Notes: generated by a model not told the origin, from the letters alone. A stretch of 64,000 nucleotides of DNA from an uncultured Smithella sp. (GCA_964539765.1 CAZIJZ010000001.1:219004-283003), one strand, 5' to 3'; positions 10,009 to 19,547 are shown, counted from the stretch's first letter. Numbers and translations are program-made.

Positions 10009-10725
10009 TTATTCATGTAACGGCGTCGGTTGCACCCATTTCTTACTTTCGGCGCTGTAAAACCATTTGTCGGGAAAGCCACGCCGACGAATGAAGACCG
10101 GATTGTCCGCCCAGGCCAGAAGTTCTTTATAGGCACTGTGAATTTTTCTGAAGGTGGCTGCCTTTCCGCCAAGATCAGGATGATGAATTTTCACCTGACG
10201 ACGGTAAGCGCTCTTGATTATCCTGCTCAGATCAGAAGATCCAAGATCATCCTTTTTTATTTCCAGACAGATCAGGGATTCCATTTTAACGGATGGTGTT
10301 TTTACCATTCGGGGCCGGTGTGATCCGTCTGTAATGGCGCATCGTTTTGCCAGTTTCAAAACATGTTGGGAAGCCAGATAATTTTTGTGAGTTCTGTCCG
10401 ATACCTGCCACCATGCTTCGCCCAGGTGATTCGTCATCAGGCTGAAATCGGCCGCCGGACTGTTTCCCTCTTTCCGCCTGATTGAATAGCGGAATATCTC
10501 CCGGCATCCGAAAGGAACGATATCCAGAATGATCGCGCTGTCTGAAAAATAAAAAGTCGCGTAGCGGGTGTTTAATGCCTGCAACAAACCGTTTTTCATA
10601 TTAAGTTTCTGTCTCAAGTGCTGACGGCATTTTACCGAACAGTAACGGCGGGCTTTTATATTTTCAGTTTTTCCGCAGGAAAGACAAAAATTTATTTTCT
10701 CAATTTCCGGTGAATGAATTAACAT
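10009..10725 (-). CDS. zinc-ribbon plus C-terminal J-domain protein of unknown function
   Basis: 238 aa. N-terminal CLSCG-x12-CSVKC (4-Cys ribbon). C-terminal J-domain signature SRIIKSAYRRQVKIHHPDLGG...IHSAYKELL with an intact HPD. Confidence 0.7.
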   Translation of the reverse strand: MLIHSPEIEKINFCLSCGKTENIKARRYCSVKCRQHLRQKLNMKNGLLQALNTRYATFYFSDSAIILDIVPFGCREIFRYSIRRKEGNSPAADFSLMTNHLGEAWWQVSDRTHKNYLASQHVLKLAKRCAITDGSHRPRMVKTPSVKMESLICLEIKKDDLGSSDLSRIIKSAYRRQVKIHHPDLGGKAATFRKIHSAYKELLAWADNPVFIRRRGFPDKWFYSAESKKWVQPTPLHE

Positions 10726-10736
10726 CTTAGTTCACA

Positions 10737-10771
10737 GGGTATCCGGTTTTTTTAAACAAAACCGGATACCC
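10737..10771 (-). terminator. hairpin/terminator candidate downstream of cam
   Basis: gggtatccggtt (10737-10748) pairs with aaccggataccc (10760-10771), a 12-bp stem with a T/A-rich loop, 16 nt after the cam stop. No clean U-tail on the minus strand. Confidence 0.45.
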
Positions 10772-10786
10772 GTTTCCGCTTGTTTA

Positions 10787-11401
10787 TTATTTGCCAGCAG
10801 CCAGATAGCCTTTGGCCAGCGCTTTGTTCACGTGCAATACGCCTTTATTCATATCTTTCATGGGATAATCTGGCGTAATCGCCGGCAGCGCATCCGCGTC
10901 CGTCTGCGTCTTGATAACCGAGCCTGCCGGCACATAGTGTCCGTCAGCAACCCGAACCCCCATTAAAATCACGCCCGGTTCCACAACGCAATTCCTGCCC
11001 ACGGTTGATTTAAAAACAAGAACCTTCATGCCGACAAAGGTATCATCCATGACAACGGCCGGTCCGTGAATCTGAACCTGATGCGCCAGAGAAACGCGTT
11101 TCCCGACATAAACCGCATATTTTTTACCGTCCACGTCCACCTGATTTTTTTCAACAGGTTTTCCGTCCAGTTCCGTCTCCAGAGCGTGAATTACAACACC
11201 ATCCTGAATATTGGTATCATCGCCGACATGCAGCGGCTGACCTTCATCACCCCGCACACAGGCCGTGGGAGCAACCATGACGTTTTCACCCAGGATAACG
11301 TTACCGATTACCGCCGCCAGCGGGTGAACGAAAGTTCCCTTTCCGATAATCGGTTCGGATATCTTTGAACTAAAATCTGTTTTTACATTTTTTTCGATCA
11401 T
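10787..11401 (-). CDS. cam: gamma-class carbonic anhydrase, Cam subclass
   Basis: Left-handed beta-helix hexapeptide protein. From memory it aligns along its length with Methanosarcina thermophila Cam (VRGDEGQPLHVGDDTNIQDGVVIHALETE..., VDGKKYAVYVG, SLAHQVQIHGP). Start moved to ATG 11401, where GGAGG lies 5 nt upstream. Confidence 0.85.
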   Translation of the reverse strand: MIEKNVKTDFSSKISEPIIGKGTFVHPLAAVIGNVILGENVMVAPTACVRGDEGQPLHVGDDTNIQDGVVIHALETELDGKPVEKNQVDVDGKKYAVYVGKRVSLAHQVQIHGPAVVMDDTFVGMKVLVFKSTVGRNCVVEPGVILMGVRVADGHYVPAGSVIKTQTDADALPAITPDYPMKDMNKGVLHVNKALAKGYLAAGK

Positions 11402-11531
11402 TTTTTCCTCCATTTTATGAGACTCAAATTTCACAAGTGCAATCCGGTGAAATTAGTAAGTCGAATTATCCAATTCCTGTTTGCCGGAATTCAATCCGAT
11501 TTTCGATGGCTTGCGACAAGGAGGTTATCGT

Positions 11532-12170
11532 TCAAGTAACGTGATTGAACGAACTACTCCTTTTTTCTTTTTCTCTCTGCAGCAATTCTCTCCAGACTTT
11601 ATTGACCGTTTTTTTTGTTTCCGGAATACTGCCCCTGTTATCAATGACGATATCCGCCAGGGCTGCTTTTTCTCCAATCGGCATTTGGCTTTCCAATCTT
11701 TTCTCCGCCTCTTCCCGGCAGATAGGATTGCGGGCTGTCAGGCGGCGAATCTGATCATCCGGATCGATGAGGACAAGCAGGGTCAGATCAAACAGGTGCT
11801 GCTTTTTGCCCTCAAATAAAAGCGGGATATCCGAAAGCACGATGGCATGAGGGTCTTTTTTGCCGATCTTTTCCAGTTGCCGGTGCCATTCCTGATAAAC
11901 CAGGGGATGAACGATTTCGTTCAACGCCTGCAGTTTTCTCTTGTCGGCAAAAACAATACTGCCCAGCTTGATGCGGTCGATTGTTTTATTCGCTTGCAGA
12001 ATCTCCCGGCCGAAACAATCTACGACCTTTTGCCACGCTGTATTTTCCGGCTCCTGAACTTTATGCGCAAGAAGATCGAAATCGATGAGATACGCTCCCT
12101 TTTTCACAAACATTTTGGCCACGGTTGATTTGCCGCAGGCAATGCCGCCTGTCAATCCGACGTTCAGCAT
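11532..12170 (-). CDS. coaE: dephospho-CoA kinase
   Basis: 212 aa. P-loop GLTGGIACGKST at the N-terminus, CoaE-like length and layout. Confidence 0.92.
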   Translation of the reverse strand: MLNVGLTGGIACGKSTVAKMFVKKGAYLIDFDLLAHKVQEPENTAWQKVVDCFGREILQANKTIDRIKLGSIVFADKRKLQALNEIVHPLVYQEWHRQLEKIGKKDPHAIVLSDIPLLFEGKKQHLFDLTLLVLIDPDDQIRRLTARNPICREEAEKRLESQMPIGEKAALADIVIDNRGSIPETKKTVNKVWRELLQREKEKRSSSFNHVT

Positions 12171-12174
12171 AATT

Positions 12175-12951
12175 TTATTTCTTGTTCAGGTCATAGATGA
12201 AACGCAGACCGTCCAGGGTCAGCATCTCTTCTATTTTTTCGATTGTTTTCGTTTCCGGAGCGATAATGTTGGCCAGCCCGCCCGTGGCAATCACCAGGGG
12301 TTTTGTTTTCACTTCCGCCTTGATTCGGTTGACAATCCCGTCCACGAGCCCCGCGTAACCGAACATGATCCCCGCCTGCATTGCGCTTACCGTATCTTTG
12401 GTGATGGCGGTCTTCGGTTTGCTGAATTCGACACGCGGCAATTTCGATGCCTTCTCAAAAAGCGCTTCGCTGGAAATCACGATTCCCGGAGCAATGCATC
12501 CGCCCATGTACTCTCCTTTGGGCGATACATAATCAAAGGTCGTTGCCGTGCCGAAATCGACAATAATGGATTCTTTCCGATATTTATTAAAAGCCGCAAC
12601 AGCATTGACGATTCGGTCGGCGCCGACTTCTCTGGGGTTGTCATAAAAGATCGGCATTCCGGTTTTGATGCCAGGGCCAACAATCAAAGGTTTGACGCTG
12701 AAATATTTAACACAGAGGGGTTCCAGAATATTGAGCATGGGCGGCACCACGCAGGAAATAATAATGGCGGAAACCGCTTTCATTTCTTTTGCTTTCTTCC
12801 GGCTGGACTGGTACAAATTATAAATCAGCACGCCGTATTCATCAATCGTATGGTCGATTTCCGTTCGGATGCGCCAATCATGGATCAGATCCTCTCCATC
12901 AAAAAGTCCCAGAACGGTATTGGTGTTGCCGACGTCAATTACCAGGAGCAT
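12175..12951 (-). CDS. coaX: type III pantothenate kinase
   Basis: 258 aa. [16 protein letters not shown]-terminus and the ASKHA-fold motifs DFGTATTFD and ATGGLA typical of CoaX/Baf. Confidence 0.93.
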   Translation of the reverse strand: MLLVIDVGNTNTVLGLFDGEDLIHDWRIRTEIDHTIDEYGVLIYNLYQSSRKKAKEMKAVSAIIISCVVPPMLNILEPLCVKYFSVKPLIVGPGIKTGMPIFYDNPREVGADRIVNAVAAFNKYRKESIIVDFGTATTFDYVSPKGEYMGGCIAPGIVISSEALFEKASKLPRVEFSKPKTAITKDTVSAMQAGIMFGYAGLVDGIVNRIKAEVKTKPLVIATGGLANIIAPETKTIEKIEEMLTLDGLRFIYDLNKK

Positions 12952-12956
12952 ATTTC

Positions 12957-13742
12957 TTACCTCATTATTGAAGAATCTCCTGCCGAAATCTTGATTTCTC
13001 TGTTTTCCGCTGTCATCAGAATCAGGGAGCCGTTATCATCAAGGTCGGCGGCAGTTCCTTCGATTTCTTCATTTTTAAAAACTATCTTAATGTGCCGTCC
13101 GATCATCGGCGCCAAACGGAGCCATTCTTGTTTGATCGGACCGAATCCCTTTTGCAGGAGTTGTTTATAACATTTTTCCAGATTTTCATAGAGGCTAATT
13201 ATCAATTCCTGGCAGGAAATTGTCGCGCCCGTTTCCATGGCTAGAGATGTTGCAATGTCCAGAATGTCCACTGGAAATTGATGACTGTCAATATTGACAT
13301 TGATGCCGATACCCAGCACGATAAAATTGATTTTATCTGCAGATATTTTTGCCTGCGATAAAATGCCGCATACTTTTTTTTCACGAATCATTACATCATT
13401 CGGCCATTTGAGCGTAATTCCGGGACAATAATGCTCCAGTACCCGGGCAACGGCGACTCCGCCCATCAGAGGAATTTGAGACGCCCTGAACGTTTCAAAT
13501 TCCGGTTTTAAAATAACAGAGGTATAAAGATTTACGCCGGCGGGAGAATGCCATTGACGTTGCAATCGACCTCTGCCGGCGGTTTGACTGTCGGCAATAA
13601 CGGCCGTTCCCTCGGGTGCGTCGTTTATGCCCAGAGAAAAAGCTTTGTCGTTGGTTGAATTGATTTCCTGATAAAAATAAAGATTTTGTCCGAATAATTT
13701 TCCGGCAAGGCTTTTTTTCAATAGTTCCAGATTCCAATCCAT
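12957..13742 (-). CDS. birA: biotin--[acetyl-CoA-carboxylase] ligase (no N-terminal HTH)
   Basis: 261 aa. [12 protein letters not shown] biotin-binding loop and KWPNDV motif. Adjacent to coaX, as in many genomes. Confidence 0.9.
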   Translation of the reverse strand: MDWNLELLKKSLAGKLFGQNLYFYQEINSTNDKAFSLGINDAPEGTAVIADSQTAGRGRLQRQWHSPAGVNLYTSVILKPEFETFRASQIPLMGGVAVARVLEHYCPGITLKWPNDVMIREKKVCGILSQAKISADKINFIVLGIGINVNIDSHQFPVDILDIATSLAMETGATISCQELIISLYENLEKCYKQLLQKGFGPIKQEWLRLAPMIGRHIKIVFKNEEIEGTAADLDDNGSLILMTAENREIKISAGDSSIMR

Positions 13743-13778
13743 ATTGTCAAATTGCCGGTAAAGAAGAATGTGATGATC

Positions 13779-14612
13779 TTAACAAGATCTGATTTTTAAA
13801 GAAATGTCAGCGACTCTGACAGAATGCGTCAGTTCGCCCACTGAAATAAAATCTACTCCGGTGGCGGCTATTTCGGCCACATTGCGCAGACTGACGTTCC
13901 CGGACGCTTCCAGAAGAGCGCGGCCAGCCACATCATTAACTGCTTTTCTCATTGCCGGAACGCTCATATTATCAAGCATAATGATATCCACACCGCAGGA
14001 TAGCGCTTCCCTCACCTCTTTTAAATTCGTTGTTTCGACTTCAATTTTCATTTTTCCGGAGAGACTCTTTCTCTGCGCTTTTACAGCAGCGGTAATGCCG
14101 CCGGCTGCTTCGATATGATTATCTTTGATGAGAATCCCGTCATACAATCCGATGCGGTGGTTACGACCTCCGCCCAATCGTACGGCCATTTTATCAAGAA
14201 TGCGCAATCCCGGAACCGTTTTTCGTGTGTCGAGAATTTTCGCCTGGTTATTGCGCACCGCCTTGACATATTTCGCGGTCAGCGTGGCAATTCCGCACAT
14301 GCGCTGAAACAGATTCAAGGCAACCCGTTCGGCCATTAATATGCCGGCCAGACTTCCGGAAACGTCAGCAATCACATCGCCCTTTTTGGCCGCTCCTCCG
14401 TCCTGAATCCATTTTGTGACCTTGATGTTCTGATCCAGAATTCTGAAGGTCGCCTCAAAGATATCAATCCCGGCAATAATGAAATTGTCTTTAGCCATCG
14501 CCTGCGCCCTGCCCTTCTTTCCGGCACGGACAGTGGCTCCGGTCGTAATATCACCCGTACCGATATCTTCCGCCAGGGCGTTTTTGATTATTCTGATAAT
14601 TTCCGGTTTCAT
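13779..14612 (-). CDS. nadC: nicotinate-nucleotide diphosphorylase (carboxylating)
   Basis: 277 aa. QPRTase type II layout (LDTRKT, IKDNH, MLDN motifs). Start codon overlaps the valS stop by 1 nt (TGATG). Confidence 0.93.
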   Translation of the reverse strand: MKPEIIRIIKNALAEDIGTGDITTGATVRAGKKGRAQAMAKDNFIIAGIDIFEATFRILDQNIKVTKWIQDGGAAKKGDVIADVSGSLAGILMAERVALNLFQRMCGIATLTAKYVKAVRNNQAKILDTRKTVPGLRILDKMAVRLGGGRNHRIGLYDGILIKDNHIEAAGGITAAVKAQRKSLSGKMKIEVETTNLKEVREALSCGVDIIMLDNMSVPAMRKAVNDVAGRALLEASGNVSLRNVAEIAATGVDFISVGELTHSVRVADISLKIRSC

Positions 14613-17269
14613 CAGACAGACATGCCTTTTAACTTTTTCAGCGCGCTTTCCAGCGTGTTAAATTTCTTTTGAAAGTCCTTCATCTTCTCTTCTTCTTTCC
14701 GGATGATATCCGGCGCGGCCTTGGCCATAAAATCGCGATTGGCAAGTTTTCTCGAACTCTGCTGCAAATCCTTGGCTATCCTGCCCAGTTCTTTTTCCAG
14801 TCTTGCGATCTCTCCTGAAATATCGACAATGCCGGCAATGGGCACGAATATCTTTATTGAACCGATCACGGCCGTAGCCACGCCCTTCGGCTCGACGGCA
14901 TTGATTTCCACGTCCAACGACTCGAGATTCGCCAGGTTAAAAATGTGATTCCCGTGCTCCTCCGCCATTTTCTTGCTTCGTTCATCAGTGACTGAAATGA
15001 AAACTCTGAGCTTTTGAGACGGCGCGATCCGCATCTCGCCGCGGATGTTACGAACCGCCGTGATGATCTCCATGATCAATTCCATCTCTTTCTCAGCGGC
15101 ATCATCTTTCCATTCCTCCTCGAAAGAGGGGAATCTGCTGACCATGATGGAATTTTGATCGCTGCCCCGGAGAATCTGCCAGAGCTCTTCCGTTAAAAAG
15201 GGCATGAACGGATGCAAAAGCTGCAACATTTTTTGAAACACGTCATACAGTGTTTTCTGAGCGGCCCGTTTTTGTTCCGGGGTTCCCTTGCCGTAGAAAA
15301 CCGGTTTGCTTAATTCCAGATACCAGTCACATAATTCATGCCAGATAAAGCGATAAACGGCGGCGGCCGCGTCATTAAAACGGTAATCATCCAGACTTAG
15401 AGTGATTTCTTCAATCGCTTTATTTAACCTCGCTTTTATCCACTTATCCGGCAGCGAATCGGCAGCATCCACGGATGCGGTTTCGTCAAAATCTTCGAGA
15501 TTGGTGAAAGTCAATTTCGACGCGTTCCAGATTTTATTGACAAAAAATTTATAGCCCTCGATGCGTTCCGGAGAAAGTCGCACATCGCGTCCCTGCGCGG
15601 TATAGGCGGCCAGTGTGAACCGAAACGCGTCCGTGCCGTATTGATCGATCATCAACAGCGGATCAATACTGTTGCCCTTGGACTTGCTCATCTTTTCCCC
15701 TTTTTCATCTCTGACCAGAGCGTGCAGATAAACATGTTTAAAGGGAACATCTTTCATCACGTAAATTCCCATCATCATCATTCGGGCGACCCAGAAAAAA
15801 AGAATGTCAAAACCGGTAATTAATAATGAGGTCGGGTAAAAGGTTTTCAGCGCAGCCGTTTTATCCGGCCAGCCCAGCGTCGAAAAAGGCCAGAGCGCTG
15901 AACTGAACCAGGTATCCAGAACATCTTCGTCCTGCTTCAGCGAAGTGCCGCCGCAATCGGGACATTTGTCGGGATCAACTGTAGCGACAATCACTTTCTT
16001 GCAATGGTCGCAATACCATACAGGAATACGATGGCCCCACCAGAGCTGTCGCGATATGCACCAGTCGCGGATGTTGTTCATCCAGTCAAAATAAGTCGCT
16101 TCCCAGGTCTTGGGAATAATCTTCGTTTTATCCTTCACCACGGCGGCAATGGCCTGTTTGGCCAGCGGCTTGATTTTGACGAACCACTGTTTGGAAACCA
16201 TCGGTTCAATGTCCGTCTTGCAGCGGTAGCACTGACCGACATTATGCGCATAAGGTTCTGTGCCGACAAGATAACCCCCTTTTTCCAGGTCGAAGAGAAC
16301 GTTCTTGCGCGCTTCATAACGATCCTGTCCTTTATAAGCGCCGCCATTGTCGTTGATCAATCCTTTCCCGTCAATGACTGTAATGATTTCCAGATTGTGC
16401 CTTTGTGCCATGGCAAAGTCGTTGGGATCGGAGGCGGGTGTTATTTTGACGGCTCCGGAACCGAAATCCATCGTGACATAATCATCGGCAATTACCGGAA
16501 TCTTTTTATTCATTAAAGGCAAAATGACTTCTTTCCCGATGAGGTTCGCGTATCTTTTATCGTCGGGATGAACAGCCACCGCCGTATCGCCCAGCATCGT
16601 TTCCGGTCTGGTTGTAGCAACAACAATTTCGCCCTGGCCGTCGGCAAACGGATAACGAATGTTCCAGAGAAAACTCTGGTCCTGTTTAAATTCCACTTCC
16701 AGATCGGAAATAGCGGTATGGCAACGGGGACACCAGTTGACGATATAATCGCCCTGATAGATCATGCCTTCATTATAAAGCCGGACAAAAACCTCGCGTA
16801 CGGCATTGGATAATCCTTTGTCCATCGTGAAGCGTTCTCTTTCCCAGTCACAGGAACAACCGAGGCGCTTCAACTGGTTAATAATAACGCCGCCGTATTT
16901 TTCCTTCCACTCCCAAACCCGCTCAATAAATTTCTCGCGCCCTAAATCATGACGGGATGTTCCTTCTTTGATCAGTTGCTGTTCGACAACGTTTTGCGTG
17001 GCAATGCCCGCATGATCCGTGCCGGGCATCCAGAGAACGTTGTACCCCTGCATCCTTTTGAAACGAACGATAACATCCTGCAACGTGTTATTCAAAGCGT
17101 GCCCCATATGTAATATGCCCGTAACGTTCGGAGGGGGTATGACGATGGAAAAAGCCGGTGCGTCACTTTTGTCCCGAGCATGAAAATATTTATTTCTCAA
17201 CCAGTAATCGTATAATCTTTTTTCGGCAGCGGCCGGTTCGAAAGCCTTGCCCAATTCTCTCTTTGCCAT
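14612..17269 (-). CDS. valS: valine--tRNA ligase
   Basis: Class I aaRS with HIGH (PPNVTGILHMGHA), KMSKS (KMSKSKGN) and a C-terminal coiled coil. ATG 17269 preferred (MAKRELGKAFEP..., GAGGAG upstream). The track TTG at 17293 has no SD. Confidence 0.96.
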   Translation of the reverse strand: MAKRELGKAFEPAAAEKRLYDYWLRNKYFHARDKSDAPAFSIVIPPPNVTGILHMGHALNNTLQDVIVRFKRMQGYNVLWMPGTDHAGIATQNVVEQQLIKEGTSRHDLGREKFIERVWEWKEKYGGVIINQLKRLGCSCDWERERFTMDKGLSNAVREVFVRLYNEGMIYQGDYIVNWCPRCHTAISDLEVEFKQDQSFLWNIRYPFADGQGEIVVATTRPETMLGDTAVAVHPDDKRYANLIGKEVILPLMNKKIPVIADDYVTMDFGSGAVKITPASDPNDFAMAQRHNLEIITVIDGKGLINDNGGAYKGQDRYEARKNVLFDLEKGGYLVGTEPYAHNVGQCYRCKTDIEPMVSKQWFVKIKPLAKQAIAAVVKDKTKIIPKTWEATYFDWMNNIRDWCISRQLWWGHRIPVWYCDHCKKVIVATVDPDKCPDCGGTSLKQDEDVLDTWFSSALWPFSTLGWPDKTAALKTFYPTSLLITGFDILFFWVARMMMMGIYVMKDVPFKHVYLHALVRDEKGEKMSKSKGNSIDPLLMIDQYGTDAFRFTLAAYTAQGRDVRLSPERIEGYKFFVNKIWNASKLTFTNLEDFDETASVDAADSLPDKWIKARLNKAIEEITLSLDDYRFNDAAAAVYRFIWHELCDWYLELSKPVFYGKGTPEQKRAAQKTLYDVFQKMLQLLHPFMPFLTEELWQILRGSDQNSIMVSRFPSFEEEWKDDAAEKEMELIMEIITAVRNIRGEMRIAPSQKLRVFISVTDERSKKMAEEHGNHIFNLANLESLDVEINAVEPKGVATAVIGSIKIFVPIAGIVDISGEIARLEKELGRIAKDLQQSSRKLANRDFMAKAAPDIIRKEEEKMKDFQKKFNTLESALKKLKGMSV

Positions 17270-17335
17270 TTGTTTTTTACACTCCTCATTCAACTGAAAT
17301 AATGGTCATTTTGACATAGCATTTTATTGTCCGAT

Positions 17336-17408
17336 TCTCCATCCCCACTGCTTCGCCTTCGGGACAGCTCATCCTGCAAATTTCAGCGTTTTCACTTCTA
17401 AAATTTGG
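17336..17408. repeat. dispersed copy of a two-hairpin intergenic repeat (same family as 53111-53335)
   Basis: tctccatccccactgcttcgccttcggga...cctgcaaatttcagcgttttcacttctaaaatttgg aligns by eye over most of its length with 53257-53333. The caaatttcag/ctaaaatttg stem is retained (9 of 10 bp) while the loop differs. Confidence 0.6.
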
Positions 17409-17416
17409 TGCTCACT

Positions 17417-17437
17417 AAAAAAGGGCTTTACGCCCTC
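17417..17437 (-). terminator. rho-independent terminator after the TPR lipoprotein gene
   Basis: The minus strand reads GAGGGCGTAAAGCCCTTTTTT (5-6 bp GC stem plus T6), 33 nt downstream of the stop at 17470. Confidence 0.5.
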
Positions 17438-17469
17438 GCAGTAATTCATTTTATATTATCACCATTTAA

Positions 17470-18723
17470 TTATTCTATTTTCAAATCATCCTTGAGCTTG
17501 CGGATCGTCTGAAGAGCTTCCACTCCGGATAATGATTTCAACGGCGCAAACTCCCCGGTTTTTGCGTTTTTTGCTTCCATAATTCCGCGCGATGTCACGG
17601 AAATAATTGCATTAAAATACGGCATTTCAAGCGGAACATCGGGAAACAACGATTTTGAATTTACGTACCGCGCGGCTAAATCTTTCTCTCCCGTCACGTT
17701 GATCAGGATGTTTTCCAGCACGATCGCGTATTCACCTCGCGAGAGAATTTCGTCGGGTCTGAAATCACCCTTCGGATCATTTTCCAAACCATGAACCCCT
17801 GTTTCAAGAACGGCCTCGATGTAATGTTTCAACGGATGAAGAACAATGTCATTGGCCAGAAGCTTTACAGGCTCTTTTTCCTGCAAAACCATGTATGAAT
17901 GAAACTGTTGCATTTTCTCCATTTCCTTGGCAACCTTCTCCACTTCAATCATTGAGGCGTCAACGGCTTCATCCTCTTTTATCTGCTCTTCTGCCGGTTT
18001 CGGCAGATATTTATGATAAAGATCTTTTATTTTCAACTCTTCGATGAGCAACATTGCTGCATCCGCTCTGGTCAGCGCATCTTTCAGAGCAAGCCTTTTT
18101 CCAGCCGCTGTTGTCGGATTTGCCCGCTGGACTGATTTGATGAATTTTAATTGTTTGTTGGCATCTTCGATATGACCGGCATTGAGTTGAACGACTTTAT
18201 CAAACATACCGGCCGCCTGATCGAAGTCCAGCGCTTCTTCACAGGCCAGTCCCATGAAATAATAAGCAGGCGCGTGTTGAGTATCGATTGAGACCGCTTC
18301 CTGAAAATGATGCTTGACCGACTCCAGCCACCTTTGATCTGATTTCCTTGCCGTGTGATAACGAATCGCGGCAACATTGACAAAAAGCTTCTCGTCTCCG
18401 GTCTGGGCCGTTTTTAATCCTTTTTCCAGATCATCCGCCGCCGCGGAGAGTTTTCCCGTGGATATATTGACGAGCGCCATGCCGGTATATGCCTTGGAAT
18501 AATTGACGTCAAGCTGCGTGGCCATTTTGAATTCCCTTCTGGCATCGGAATACTTATCAAATTCCAGAAGTTTCAGTCCAGTGTAGGTATGGTGCCCGGG
18601 CGTATCCAGTTGACTTACCGCCACCCTCTCCTTCGGTCCGCATGAAGACAAAAGCAGAAGAACCGTAAAAATCATAAATGGAAATATTATTATTCTGATT
18701 CTTTTTAGCTTCATCATAATCAT
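17470..18723 (-). CDS. TPR-repeat lipoprotein with SLH-like C-terminal segments
   Basis: 417 aa. Signal peptide with lipobox LLSSC, TPR-like repeats in the N-terminal half, and three segments resembling S-layer-homology motifs (LTRADAAMLLIEEL, LSRGEYAIVLENIL, LSGVEALQTIRKL). The SLH call is tentative. Confidence 0.65.
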   Translation of the reverse strand: MIMMKLKRIRIIIFPFMIFTVLLLLSSCGPKERVAVSQLDTPGHHTYTGLKLLEFDKYSDARREFKMATQLDVNYSKAYTGMALVNISTGKLSAAADDLEKGLKTAQTGDEKLFVNVAAIRYHTARKSDQRWLESVKHHFQEAVSIDTQHAPAYYFMGLACEEALDFDQAAGMFDKVVQLNAGHIEDANKQLKFIKSVQRANPTTAAGKRLALKDALTRADAAMLLIEELKIKDLYHKYLPKPAEEQIKEDEAVDASMIEVEKVAKEMEKMQQFHSYMVLQEKEPVKLLANDIVLHPLKHYIEAVLETGVHGLENDPKGDFRPDEILSRGEYAIVLENILINVTGEKDLAARYVNSKSLFPDVPLEMPYFNAIISVTSRGIMEAKNAKTGEFAPLKSLSGVEALQTIRKLKDDLKIE

Positions 18724-18902
18724 TGATTCCCAAAACAGGTTGATATTATTATCTTTAGAACCGATTTAAGTCAAGCGATATTGCATTTCCCATCATGATC
18801 CAATGAAAGTTAATATTTATGCTATCATTATTCAGAGAGAGTGTGTTTACATTGAAACTGTTATAATTAGAACTGATATAATAGTCTTGTTATTTTCGGT
18901 GC

Positions 18903-19547
18903 TTATTCCCAGATGATGACCTTTTTCTGGAGATCAATTTTGTAACTCATTCTGCTGAGCACATCCATGCCGAGCAAACCATCATATGCAGCATCAGTCT
19001 CCTGAGAGGAGACAACAAAAACATGCCAGTTGTTAAATGTATTCGGCCCCACGATCAGGTTATTCACCATAATTCGGCGGGCGTCAATTTTCCCTCCTCC
19101 GACGACCGTTCCTTGAGCTTTTTGCGCATTGTGCAAATTCATGTATAAACCCTCTACCGCTTGATTGAAAATTGTGGTGATTGAAGCGCCTGTGTCCAGT
19201 AATAAAGTGACCTTGACTTCACGGTTATCGTAAATAATCGTCACAGGGACAAAAACACCATTTTCTCTTATAATAATTTCAGTGGTGTTCTCTTTTGCAG
19301 CAGGATTCGCCGTCCCGGTCCTATCTGTTTTCCGTTCTGTGGATGTCTCCAGAGATTGAATGACGTCGCAGGTTTGATTTTCAAGAGGATAATCCGAAAA
19401 AGTTTCTTTGCCGCTCTTGTCAATGCATTTCAAAAGAACCCCGCCGTAATTATCCGCCGGCATGCCTAAAAGGAACACGGCAAAAACAACAGCGATAAAA
19501 GACTTGAAGGATTTTAAAACTAAATGCATTAGATTGATTAATTTCAT
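18903..19547 (-). CDS. membrane-anchored retropepsin-like (clan AA) aspartic protease
   Basis: 214 aa. N-terminal TM anchor, Cys pair (KCIDKSGKETFSDYP...QTC), catalytic LLLDTGASITT and C-terminal DGLLGMDVL as in bacterial retropepsin-like proteases. ATGA overlap with the miaA stop. Confidence 0.75.
   Translation of the reverse strand: MKLINLMHLVLKSFKSFIAVVFAVFLLGMPADNYGGVLLKCIDKSGKETFSDYPLENQTCDVIQSLETSTERKTDRTGTANPAAKENTTEIIIRENGVFVPVTIIYDNREVKVTLLLDTGASITTIFNQAVEGLYMNLHNAQKAQGTVVGGGKIDARRIMVNNLIVGPNTFNNWHVFVVSSQETDAAYDGLLGMDVLSRMSYKIDLQKKVIIWE

Noticed and set aside
12085-13170. 361-aa plus-strand ORF spanning the coaE start, all of coaX and part of birA
   Set aside because: It is antisense to three genes with unmistakable enzyme motifs. 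Its translation is low-complexity with no motif and no SD. This is a typical shadow ORF caused by codon bias on the coding strand.
17294-17469. T-box riboswitch in the valS leader
   Set aside because: There is no T-box consensus (AGGGUGGNACCGCG-like) and no specifier-loop/antiterminator architecture on the minus strand. The structured part matches the dispersed repeat family instead.
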